Shown here: one piece after another, positions 29,580 to 38,575 of the stretch
Position numbering within the stretch: position 1 is the stretch's first letter
Layout: the number at the start of each line of letters is the position of its first letter
Assembly (NCBI GenBank): GCA_963734495.1
Contig: CAVTHK010000001.1
Location: 416,001-480,000, forward strand
Source of the DNA: an uncultured Spirochaetota bacterium
Lineage (GTDB): Bacteria > Spirochaetota > Spirochaetia > SZUA-6 > CAVTHK01
Reading direction: 5' to 3'
Length of the DNA: 64,000 nucleotides
Notes under the pieces: generated by a model
The model's input: the letters and a program-made list of their open reading frames with translations, nothing else
Databases searched by the model: none
Told to the model about the DNA's origin: nothing
Program-made: the position numbers and the translations under genes

Positions 29580-30998
29580 ATGAAGGGGTCTGTCGACTTC
29601 GGGGCGCACCTGCGCGCCTGGGACGGTTTCGGGGTCAACTACGTGGCAGCGGCGCAGACGCGCGACTGGCGCAAGTGGCCGCAGGACTACGGCTCGTTCG
29701 AGCTGCTCGCGGAGAGCGACCGGCAGCAGATCATCGAGCTGATCTTCGGCGACGACGGCCTGAGGCCCGGGATCGGCAAGATGTTCATCGACTCGCTGCA
29801 GGCCGGCACGACGAAGCCCGCGGGGGCGAGCGCGGATCCCGCGGTCCTGCAGCCTGCGATCTACGACCACGAGACGACGACCAGGTGGATGCGCTGGTTC
29901 TGGCGCGAAGGGCTCAAGCGCATGCGCGGCCGCGGCGAGGAGCCCCGGCTGGTCGCCACGCTCTACGGGCCGGCGCCGTGGATGACGAAGCAGAAGATCC
30001 TGCGCGGCCGCGACCTGGACCCCGCGGAGAAAGTGCAGGTCGCCAAGTACATCATCTCCTTCGCGAAGCACATGATCGAGAACGAAGGCATCCCGATCCG
30101 CTTCCTGTCGCTGCATAACGAAGGGGGCGTCGAGGAGGCGCGGCGCTGGCCCGCGGACGGCACCGACGGCCCGGAGTACGCGAAGCACGACTACAACTGC
30201 CTCTGGCCCGTCGAGACCGTCGTCGAGTTCATCGCACTCATGCGCGGGATGCTCGACCGGCTGGGCCTCAAGCAGGTGGAGATGGGCAACGGCGAGTGCA
30301 CGCGGCTCGACGGGACCGTCAAGTACGTGGAGGCCATCGTCAGGGACGCAAAGGCGCTCGCCGGCTACGGCCTCGTGACCAGCCACGGCTTTGGCCGCGA
30401 CGACACCATGTTCACGAGCGCTCCCCTCGATCCGATCCGCAGGGTCAAGCCCGACTTCCACGGCTGGGTGACGTCCGCGTCGTGGGGAAAGATGGACCTG
30501 ACGTTCCTGCGCACGATCCACAACCACATCACGATTTCCAAGGTCAACGGCTACATCCCCTGGGCCGTCGTCCAGAGGCACAGCCAGTGGGTGGGGGGCG
30601 ACCCGAACCCCGGAACCGCGATCCTGGTCGACGACAAGGGCGGGTGGTCCGTCGAACGGGGCTACTACCTCTTCAAGCACTACTGCCGCGTCGGGCGGCC
30701 GGGGATGGCGGTGGCGCGCTCGGAAACGCCCGATCCCGAGGTGCTCGTCACGGCGTTCGCCTCCGCCGGGAGCGGCAGCCCCGACGCGGCGGTGGTGCTG
30801 AACACCGGGGAAAAGGCGCAGCGGCTGGAGCTGCGGGTCGAGGGCGCGCGTGGCGGCCGCTTTACCGCGGTCATCACCGACGACCGGCGCACGTACGAGC
30901 GGCTGCCGGACTCGGTGGCCGCGGCCGGGGTGCTCGCGCTCGAGCTGCCGCCGCGCAGCGTGCTGACGCTTCAGGCGGCGGGCTCAACGAGCGCGTGA
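29580..30998 (+). CDS. GH30-like (clan GH-A) TIM-barrel plus beta-sandwich protein
   Basis: WDGFG at the N-terminus, PAPWM, LSLHNE (acid/base position), YYLFKHYCRVGRPGM and VTAF...AVVLN, which follow the GH30 layout. Confidence 0.65.
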   Translation: MKGSVDFGAHLRAWDGFGVNYVAAAQTRDWRKWPQDYGSFELLAESDRQQIIELIFGDDGLRPGIGKMFIDSLQAGTTKPAGASADPAVLQPAIYDHETTTRWMRWFWREGLKRMRGRGEEPRLVATLYGPAPWMTKQKILRGRDLDPAEKVQVAKYIISFAKHMIENEGIPIRFLSLHNEGGVEEARRWPADGTDGPEYAKHDYNCLWPVETVVEFIALMRGMLDRLGLKQVEMGNGECTRLDGTVKYVEAIVRDAKALAGYGLVTSHGFGRDDTMFTSAPLDPIRRVKPDFHGWVTSASWGKMDLTFLRTIHNHITISKVNGYIPWAVVQRHSQWVGGDPNPGTAILVDDKGGWSVERGYYLFKHYCRVGRPGMAVARSETPDPEVLVTAFASAGSGSPDAAVVLNTGEKAQRLELRVEGARGGRFTAVITDDRRTYERLPDSVAAAGVLALELPPRSVLTLQAAGSTSA

Positions 30999-31002
30999 CG
31001 AG

Positions 31003-32496
31003 ATGAAAGCCGGCGGTTCCCATGAGCCGGTGATCCCCCTGCGCGAGCTTCCCGGCCGGCGGCAGATCAGCGTCGCGCTGCAGGGCTCGAACATCGGGGC
31101 CTGGGAGATGACGATCGCAGACGGTCGAATCACCGGCCTGGATCACTGGGGCGAGTCGTTCGGCTACGGCGAGGATTCCGACGCGCTCGCGTGGCAGAGC
31201 ATGCTCCACCCCGACGAGAAGGATCGCATCCTCGCGCGAGTCGCGGGCTTTCTCGAAGGTGAGATCGATTCGTTCGAGATCGAAGCGCGCGTGCGCCGTT
31301 CTTCGGGCGACTGGCGCTGGGTCGTTGTCCGCGGAAGCATCATCGAGCGCGACTCCCGCGGAAAGCCCACGCAGGCGGTCGGCGTCTTCCTGGACGTCAC
31401 CGATCAGAGGGTCGCGCAGACCGCGCTGCGCGACAGCGAAGAGCGCTACCGCGCCCTGATCGAGAGCGCGGCCGACGCGATCTCGGTCGTGGACGAGGAC
31501 GGCGTCTTCCATTTCCTCAACGGCGTGGCCGCCCAGCGGCTCGGCGGCCGGCCCGAGCAGTTCGTCGGCAGGACCATGGCCGAGCTGTTTCCTCCCGAGA
31601 TCGCGCAGCCCCAGCTCGAGCACGTCAGAGAAGTCATCCGCACCAGGCAGGGCATCGTCAAGAACTCCGTGACCGTGCTGCAGGCCGAGACGCGCCTCTA
31701 CCACACGAGCCTGCAGCCCCTCAAGCAGGCGGCCAGCGGACGGCCGGCGGCCCTGATCGTCGCGCGCGACATCACCGAGCAGCGCAAGAGCCAGGAGGAG
31801 CTCACGAGCCTGAACGCTCAGCTCACGGCCCGCGCCAACCAGCTGCGCATGCTCGCCGCCGAGCTCACCCTCGCGGAGCAGCGCGAGAGGCAGCGGGTGT
31901 CCGAGATCCTGCACGACCACGTGCAGCAGACGCTCGCCGCGGCCAAGCTGCGCCTCGGGATGCTCCGCGGGCACGCGCCGGGCCCCGAGGGCCAGGAGCT
32001 GCTTTCGCAGATCGGCGACCTGGTCTCGGCCTCGATCGCGGCTGTGCGCACGCTCGCCGTGGAGCTCAGCCCGCCGATCCTCAAGGAGGCCTCCCTGACC
32101 GCCGCGCTGGGGTGGCTCGCGGACTCGTTCTGGAAGCAGCACGCCCTCAAGGTGCGCGTCGAGACCGACCCCCGGTCCGACGCTGCGGCCGAGGAGACGC
32201 GCATCTTCCTGTTCCAGGCGGTCCGCGAGCTGCTGTTCAACGTGACCAAGCACGCGGCTGCCGGCACCGCGTTCGTGCGGCTGCACGTTGTCGACGGCCG
32301 ACTGGAGCTGTCGGTCACCGACTCCGGGGCGGGCTTCGACCCGGCGGCGGCGGAGCAGCCGACCGGGACCGGCCTGGGGCTCTTCAGCATCCGCGAACGC
32401 GCCCGGGCGCTCGGCGGGTCGCTTGCCGTCGAGGCCGCGCCGGGCCAGGGCACGCGCGTGACCTTGAGCGTGCCCGCGAGCGCAGGCGGCGCGTAG
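31003..32496 (+). CDS. Cytoplasmic PAS-PAS sensor histidine kinase (HisKA_3 type)
   Basis: Two PAS/PAC domains; EQRERQRVSEILHDHVQQTL (H-box), RELLFNVTKHA, DSGAGF and GLGLFSIRER. Confidence 0.92.
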   Translation: MKAGGSHEPVIPLRELPGRRQISVALQGSNIGAWEMTIADGRITGLDHWGESFGYGEDSDALAWQSMLHPDEKDRILARVAGFLEGEIDSFEIEARVRRSSGDWRWVVVRGSIIERDSRGKPTQAVGVFLDVTDQRVAQTALRDSEERYRALIESAADAISVVDEDGVFHFLNGVAAQRLGGRPEQFVGRTMAELFPPEIAQPQLEHVREVIRTRQGIVKNSVTVLQAETRLYHTSLQPLKQAASGRPAALIVARDITEQRKSQEELTSLNAQLTARANQLRMLAAELTLAEQRERQRVSEILHDHVQQTLAAAKLRLGMLRGHAPGPEGQELLSQIGDLVSASIAAVRTLAVELSPPILKEASLTAALGWLADSFWKQHALKVRVETDPRSDAAAEETRIFLFQAVRELLFNVTKHAAAGTAFVRLHVVDGRLELSVTDSGAGFDPAAAEQPTGTGLGLFSIRERARALGGSLAVEAAPGQGTRVTLSVPASAGGA

Positions 32497-32520
32497 GCCG
32501 GACGCGGCGCCCCGATGGCG

Positions 32521-33490
32521 TCAGCGCGCCAGCTCCTGCGGACGCGCGGCGAGGATCTCGCTTTCGCGCTCGTAAAAGGTGCGGGCGGTCTGCTCGACCA
32601 GCCGGTCCAGCATGGCCGGGTCGGGGGAGCCCCACATCTGCGGGTAGGGGTCGCCGCCGGGCCCGAGCGGCTCCGCGGTGCAGAAGCAGCGTTCGTCGTC
32701 GTACCCGATCGCGTACAGCGCCATCAGCACGATGTCCAGGTCGAGCACGCCCAGACCCAGCGCCCCGCGGTGGGAGTCCGCGAGGTGGAGGTTCGTGAGC
32801 GTCGAGGCCGTGCTCGAGAATGGTCGCTGCGATGTGCTCCTCGCCCGCGAGCATGTGAAAGACGTCGCCCGCGATGTGCCGGACCCCCGGGTGGCCGACC
32901 GCCTCGATGAGTCGCTTCGCGTCGGCGAACGTGTGCACGAGGCTCACCTCCGCGGCCCGGATCGGCTCGATCGCGCCGCGGACTCCCGCGCGGGCAAAGT
33001 CCTCCGCGATGATCCGGATGGCGTCGGCGGCCCGGGCCTCCTCGTTGGCGTCATAGGGCTGCGGCCTGCCGACCGCGCCCGCGCCGAACAGCAGGTAGGA
33101 GCCTCCGAGCTCCGCGGCGAGCTCGATGTTGCGGCGGAAGTAGTCGATCGAGCGCTGGGTGACGTGGGGCCTGTTGCTCGAGAGCTCGCACTCGGGGCTG
33201 ACGATCCCGCAGACCCCCGATACGCGGATGCCGTGGTCCTCGAGGACGCGCCTCGTCTCGGCGGTCCGGTAGCCGAGATCGGCGCCGTAGCGATTGCCGT
33301 GCAGCTCGATGAACGGCACGCCGAAGCGCGCGAGGCGGGCCGCTGACCTGGCGAGCGGCTCCGTGCCGAAGCTCCAGTTGCTCCACGACAGCCTGAGCCT
33401 CCGCTTGCCCGTCCCGGCATCGCGCCCGCGGCGCTCGAGAAAGCGCTCGACGACCATGCGGTCCTTCACCTGGTAGCTCTGCGGTTTCAT
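32521..33490 (-). CDS. Sugar isomerase/epimerase, xylose-isomerase-like TIM barrel (ketose 3-epimerase-like); apparent +1 frameshift near 32808
   Basis: MKPQSY...IELHG...AIEPIRAAE...GDVFHM, continuing in the next frame as LTNLHLADSHRGALG...CTAEPLG. The span is 970 nt, i.e. 3n+1. Confidence 0.82.
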
Positions 33491-33590
33491 CCCGGCGAGT
33501 ATACGCGCCCCGCAGCCGGCGCGCCACGCGGGACCCCTCGCGAGAAGGCGCGCTTGAACGCCTGCGCCCCTCCCATTGTAGACTGCGCCC

Positions 33591-34493
33591 ATGAAGTACC
33601 GCAGGCTGGGCAGGACGGAGGCCCGCGTTTCGGTCGTGGGCCTGGGGACGTGGCAGTTCGGCGGCGAATGGGGCAAGGACTTCACCCAGAAGGAAGTCGA
33701 CGCGATCTTCGATGCCGCGCGCGAGACCGGGATCAACCTCATAGACACGGCCGAGTGCTACGGCGATCACCTCTCCGAGCGCTTCGTGGGCGCGGCGATC
33801 CGCCGCGATCGGGACAAGTGGTTCCTGGCGACGAAGTTCGGGCACGGGTTCGCCGGCTTCGGCGAGAGGCACCAGCTCTGGTCCGTCGACGACGTGCGCA
33901 GGCAGCTCGAGGATTCGCTCGGCGCGCTGGGCACGGACCACGTCGATCTCTACCAGTTCCACTCCGGGGACAATGCGGCCTTCGACAACGCCGCGCTGTG
34001 GAGCATGCTCCGGGAGCAGGTCGCGGCCGGAAAGATCCGGCACCTGGGCATCTCCATCACCAACCGCGAAGGTTTCCTCGCCTACCAGGCGGGCCGCGCG
34101 ACGGCGGTCGGGGCTGCGGCGCTGCAGGTCTACTACAACCGGCTCGACCGCAGGCCCGAGGCCGAGGCGTTCGCCGAGTGCCGCAAGCAGGACCTCGGCG
34201 TGCTGGCGCGCGTGCCCATGGCGAGCGGGCTGCTGAGCGGCAAGTACAAGCCCGGTGCCTCGTTTCCCGCGAACGACGTGCGCGCGGGCCGCGAGCGCGC
34301 GGAGCTCGACCGGATGCTGAACGAAGTGCAGGCCATCCAGGCCAACGAGGTCCCCAAAGGCGTGCCCATGGCCGCATGGGCGCTCGCCTGGTGCCTCAGG
34401 GATCCGGTCGTGACCGCGGTGATCCCGGGCTGCAAGGACCCCGCCCAGGTCAGGGGCAACGCGGCTGCCGCGGACCTCGCGATGGTCGTGTAG
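33591..34493 (+). CDS. Aldo/keto reductase
   Basis: MKYRRLGRT...VSVVGLGTWQFGG, IDTAECYG, DLYQFHS, GKIRHLGIS, PMASGLLSGKY. Confidence 0.93.
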   Translation: MKYRRLGRTEARVSVVGLGTWQFGGEWGKDFTQKEVDAIFDAARETGINLIDTAECYGDHLSERFVGAAIRRDRDKWFLATKFGHGFAGFGERHQLWSVDDVRRQLEDSLGALGTDHVDLYQFHSGDNAAFDNAALWSMLREQVAAGKIRHLGISITNREGFLAYQAGRATAVGAAALQVYYNRLDRRPEAEAFAECRKQDLGVLARVPMASGLLSGKYKPGASFPANDVRAGRERAELDRMLNEVQAIQANEVPKGVPMAAWALAWCLRDPVVTAVIPGCKDPAQVRGNAAAADLAMVV

Positions 34494-34533
34494 GGCGCGG
34501 GCGCGGCGGCCGGCGGCGGGGCGCGGGGACGGG

Positions 34534-35349
34534 ATGGACATCGTCAACAGGCTCCCCGAGCCCCGCTTCGCGGAGATCGACGATTTCCTCGCGTTCGTAA
34601 GCATCTACGACGACGAGGCGCGCACGGCCGCCTACCTCAAGATGCTGCGCCGGCACGAGGGCCTGATCGCGGGGCACGTCGCGGTAGAGGCCGGCTGCGG
34701 CTTCGGCGTGATCGCCGCGGAGATGGCGCGCCTTGGCGCGCGCCGGGTCTACGCGGTCGAGTCCAACCCGTCCATGCAGGAGATCGCCGCGAAGAACCTC
34801 GCCCGGAGCCCGAACGTTTCGCTGGTCCGGTCGGACCTGCGGGACTTCCGGCCGCCCGAGCCGGTCGATCTCCTGGTGCACGACTTCTTCGGACCCCTCC
34901 TCTACGATGAAGACCTGAACCTGCTCGATGCGCTCCCGTTCGGCGCGGGCAAGATCCTCCCGGACGGCGCGCGGCTGGTCTATGGCTGTGCCCGCTCGGC
35001 CGAGCTCTGCGACGACGTGGTGACGCCGTCGGTCCTCGCGCGACTCGAGGGCGTGCTCGTGAGCGGCCTCTTCGACGACGAGCCCGAGTACGACCTGCCG
35101 CTCACCGCAGCCGAGTGGACGGCCGGCCGCGGCCTCGCGGTCCCCGGCGGCGACGTCTCGGCGTTTGCGCCCGACCGTGACGTGCTCGTCTTCGGACTGG
35201 AGATCTACGACGGCGACCGGCGGATCGCGCGCAGCGGCCATTCATCCAACTGGTCGTACGTGTTCACGCCGCGGGCGGGCGATCGCTTCCGCCTCCGCTT
35301 CGAGCACAACGGCCGCTTCATGGAGGCCGTCTTCGACTGGGTGCGCTAG
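34534..35349 (+). CDS. Class I SAM-dependent methyltransferase with PRMT-like motifs
   Basis: DEARTAAY, VEAGCGFG, GARRVYAVE, VDLLVHDFFGPLLYDE and a C-terminal SNW. Confidence 0.8.
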   Translation: MDIVNRLPEPRFAEIDDFLAFVSIYDDEARTAAYLKMLRRHEGLIAGHVAVEAGCGFGVIAAEMARLGARRVYAVESNPSMQEIAAKNLARSPNVSLVRSDLRDFRPPEPVDLLVHDFFGPLLYDEDLNLLDALPFGAGKILPDGARLVYGCARSAELCDDVVTPSVLARLEGVLVSGLFDDEPEYDLPLTAAEWTAGRGLAVPGGDVSAFAPDRDVLVFGLEIYDGDRRIARSGHSSNWSYVFTPRAGDRFRLRFEHNGRFMEAVFDWVR

Positions 35350-35382
35350 TCGCGGGCCGACCCATCACCGGTCAACGCGACG

Positions 35383-36420
35383 TCAGGGCGGCGTGCGGCT
35401 CGCGTCGCGGCCGTCCTCCCCGGCTTTGAGCGAGCAAGCGTGGATCTCTTCGACCATTGCCCGGACGTTCTGCGGGTTGGCAAACGCCGGGATGCTGTTG
35501 CCCGATGCGGGGATGTACCGGTCGTTGTGATTCATCCAGCGGAACATGTCGCGGACAAAAGCCCGAACCTGCCCGGGCGATCCCTGGGCGAGGAGGTTGA
35601 CATCGACGTTTCCGATGAGGGTCAGGTACGGAAAGATCTGCTGTGTGCGCTCGATGTCCATGCACCCGTGCTCGATCGGGTTGAGCGCGTCCATCCCGAG
35701 GCCGGCCAGCTCGTCCAGGACGCTCATCAGGTTGCCGTCGCTGTGGAAGATCCACGGGAGCCTGATTTCGCGGGCGACCGTGCGCGCGAACGGGAGCACC
35801 ACGGAACGGAGTATCTCCGGAGAGTACACTGGCCCGGTCTTGAAAGCGAAGTCGTCAAAGCACCAGATGAAGTCGATGCCCATGGACTGCACTTCCCGCA
35901 GCACGGCGCAGGTCCACTCCGTGTACCGCTGCAGGATGGTCTCGAGGAGCCGGTGATTCTCCGCGCAGGCGATCGCGAAGGCCATCAGGTCCATGGTCTG
36001 CCATATGTGGCCTATCCCGGTGGAAATGCTGGCGCTGAGGGCGTAGTCGCCTTTGAGGTCGACCAGGCGTTTGAGCTCGTCCCAGTGCCCGGCCGTGAGC
36101 TCCACGAACCGAAGCTGGTCCAGGCTGCGCTCGTCTGTAAGGAGCCCCGCCCGCGTGAGGGGATCGCGGATGCGCGGGGCCATTGTGTAGTGGTACGGGA
36201 TCTCGAGGTTGCATCGCCCCGTTCGATCGTTGACTGCCTTGTCGAGCTCCAGCTTCGCCATGTGGCGTTCCAGGGGAGATCCGCCTGCCGGAACCGACAG
36301 GTCCAGGCTGAGATCAAACGCTCTCGCAAGGACGCCCGGATCACCGCCGTGCTCGATCCAGGGCAGCAGGGGGACGGGCCTGCCCTTCAGGGCGTTCACG
36401 ACACGATCGCGAGGGGTCAT
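35383..36420 (-). CDS. Uroporphyrinogen decarboxylase-superfamily (MtaA/CmuA-like) protein of unknown function
   Basis: MTPRDRV, DDFAFKTG, IFHSDGNL, GMDALNPIE, LIGNVDV and ASGNSIP...NVRAM. It lacks the HemE RQAGRY motif. Confidence 0.82.
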   Translation of the reverse strand: MTPRDRVVNALKGRPVPLLPWIEHGGDPGVLARAFDLSLDLSVPAGGSPLERHMAKLELDKAVNDRTGRCNLEIPYHYTMAPRIRDPLTRAGLLTDERSLDQLRFVELTAGHWDELKRLVDLKGDYALSASISTGIGHIWQTMDLMAFAIACAENHRLLETILQRYTEWTCAVLREVQSMGIDFIWCFDDFAFKTGPVYSPEILRSVVLPFARTVAREIRLPWIFHSDGNLMSVLDELAGLGMDALNPIEHGCMDIERTQQIFPYLTLIGNVDVNLLAQGSPGQVRAFVRDMFRWMNHNDRYIPASGNSIPAFANPQNVRAMVEEIHACSLKAGEDGRDASRTPP

Positions 36421-36546
36421 CGCCCCTCGGTTTGCCAGACCCTGCGTGATTGGTCAACCGCCGGGGCCGGGCGGGGCCGGCGGGGCCGGCGGCGACGCTC
36501 GCGACGCCCCGTTGCGCGCAGCCGGAGGCCGGAGTAAGCTGCCGAC

Positions 36547-37515
36547 GTGATCGCGTCGATGACGAGGGCCGCCGGTCCCTCCCGGGGCGCGCCGCGCGTG
36601 CGGGCGCAGACTGCAGGCGAGTTCCGCAAGTACGTCAAGTACAAGGGCCTGGTGTTCCTCTTTCTGCCCGGCATCATCTACTACCTGGTATTCCACTACG
36701 CGCCGATGTACGGGGTGATCATCGCGTTCAAGGACTACAAGTTCAGCCTGGGCATCCTCGGCAGCCACTGGGTGGGGTGGGAGCACTTCGACAGGATGTT
36801 CCGCACCGAAAGCTTCCTGTTCGCCTTGAGAAACACCTTCCTGATCAGCATGTACAAGCTGGTCTTCGGCTTCCCCGCGCCGATCGTGCTGGCCCTTCTT
36901 CTGAACGAGGTGGTCCACGAGCGCTTCAAGAAGACCATCCAGACCATCAGTTACCTGCCGCACTTCGTCTCCTGGGTGATCCTCGCCGGTCTGTTCACGC
37001 AGATCCTCTCCCCCTCGCAGGGCATCGTCAACTTCGCCATCAGGCAGCTCGGCGGAAAGCCGGTCTATTTCCTGGCGGATCCCAGGTGGTTTCGCTCGGT
37101 GCTGGTCGCCACGTCGATCTTCCAGCAGATAGGCTGGGGCAGCATCATCTACATAGCGACGCTGGCCGGGGTGAACCCCGAGTACTACGAGGCCGCGCGG
37201 ATGGACGGCGCCAACAGGTGGCAGCAGGCAATCCACGTGACCCTGCCCGCGCTCACGCCGGTGATCACCATCATGCTGATCCTTGCCATCGGCCGCCTGG
37301 TGAACGACGAGTTCGACCAGATCTTCAACCTGTACAACCCGGCCGTCTACAGCGTCGGGGACGTGATTCAGACCTACACCTATCGCGCGGGTCTCGTGGA
37401 CATGAACTACTCCTACGCAGCGGCCGTCGGCTTGTTCAAGAACCTGTTTGCTCTCGTCCTGATAGTGGGAGCGAACGGGGTGACCAAGAGGATCAATGAG
37501 TACGGCATCTGGTGA
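36547..37515 (+). CDS. Polysaccharide-type ABC permease (LplB/YteP-like)
   Basis: FHYAPMYGVIIAFKDY, QTISYLPHFVSWV, YYEAARMDGANRWQ, YAAAVGLF. Confidence 0.92.
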   Translation: MIASMTRAAGPSRGAPRVRAQTAGEFRKYVKYKGLVFLFLPGIIYYLVFHYAPMYGVIIAFKDYKFSLGILGSHWVGWEHFDRMFRTESFLFALRNTFLISMYKLVFGFPAPIVLALLLNEVVHERFKKTIQTISYLPHFVSWVILAGLFTQILSPSQGIVNFAIRQLGGKPVYFLADPRWFRSVLVATSIFQQIGWGSIIYIATLAGVNPEYYEAARMDGANRWQQAIHVTLPALTPVITIMLILAIGRLVNDEFDQIFNLYNPAVYSVGDVIQTYTYRAGLVDMNYSYAAAVGLFKNLFALVLIVGANGVTKRINEYGIW

Positions 37516-38443
37516 GCGCGGGCGCGTCCCGCGGTCCGGCCCGCTCCCGCGCCGGCGCGGCATCCGGCAGCACCCGCTTGCGCGCCTTTTCGACGCGGCC
37601 AACACCACGCTCCTGCTTCTGCTGGCGGTAGCGACCCTCTATCCGTTCCTGAACATATTGTCGCTTTCACTGACTTCCGAAAGCGTGGTCAGCTCCGGGA
37701 TGGGCAACCTCAACCTGATACCCGAGAAGCTCTCGGTCAAAGCGTACGGCAAGGTCCTGAACTCCGAGTACATAGTTGCGGGATTCGAGAACACCCTGCT
37801 CAGGACGGTCGTCGGAACGGCGGCCACGGTGGCCGTCACGCTGTTCCTGGCCTATCCGTTGTCCAAGAGGTACTTCCCCCATCGGACTTTCTGGACGATG
37901 CTGATCGTGTTCACCATGTTCTTTCAGGGCGGATTGATCCCGGTCTACCTCCTCGTGAGGCGGCTCGGTCTCATCAACAACATCCTGTCGCTGATCCTCC
38001 CCGACCTCGTGCGGACCTTCAACCTGATAGTCGTCCGGAACTATCTCATGACCATTCCCGAAGACCTGGAAGAGTCGGCGCGGCTGGACGGGGCCGGAGA
38101 CCTCAGGATCCTCTTTGCCATCGTCATCCCCGTGTCGGTGCCGATCATCGCGACCCTCACACTCTGGACAGTGGTCGGGCACTGGAACGCCTGGTTCGAC
38201 AGCCTGATCTACACCACCAAGACCAGGCTGCTGGTTCTCCAGGTGGTGCTCCGCCGCATCGTGCTCGAGGGCACGCAGCAGATCGTGAGCACGGACATTG
38301 CGCGAGACGATCGGTATGCCACCAAACCCGAGGTAGTCCGGGCGGCATCGATCGTCGTGACGACGCTGCCGATCGTCATGGTGTATCCGTTCGTGCAGAA
38401 ATATTTCATCAAGGGCATCATGATCGGCTCCTTGAAGGGGTGA
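37496..38443 (+). CDS. Carbohydrate ABC permease (LplC/YtcP-like)
   Basis: AYPLSK, FTMFFQGGLIP, LEESARLDGA, HWNAWFD and YPFVQKYFIKGIMIGSLKG. Start uncertain. Confidence 0.9.
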   Translation: MSTASGERGRVPRSGPLPRRRGIRQHPLARLFDAANTTLLLLLAVATLYPFLNILSLSLTSESVVSSGMGNLNLIPEKLSVKAYGKVLNSEYIVAGFENTLLRTVVGTAATVAVTLFLAYPLSKRYFPHRTFWTMLIVFTMFFQGGLIPVYLLVRRLGLINNILSLILPDLVRTFNLIVVRNYLMTIPEDLEESARLDGAGDLRILFAIVIPVSVPIIATLTLWTVVGHWNAWFDSLIYTTKTRLLVLQVVLRRIVLEGTQQIVSTDIARDDRYATKPEVVRAASIVVTTLPIVMVYPFVQKYFIKGIMIGSLKG

Positions 38444-38575
38444 GGTTCTGACGGATCGTCGCCGCGGACCGCGACCGGCCCGCGACGCGTGAAAGGAGGT
38501 ACGGGCGCCCCGCGGCGCGCGGGTGCGCGACACGTGAGAGCAGGTTCGCAGGCGATCGTAAGGAGGATCGAGGCT

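Noticed and set aside
35383-36420. Second hemE
   Set aside because: It lacks the RQAGRY and other HemE motifs. The true hemE is at 56425..57501.
36461-36495. CGGGGCCGG repeats as a possible G-quadruplex near divergent promoters
   Set aside because: G-runs are common in DNA this GC-rich and there is no independent support.
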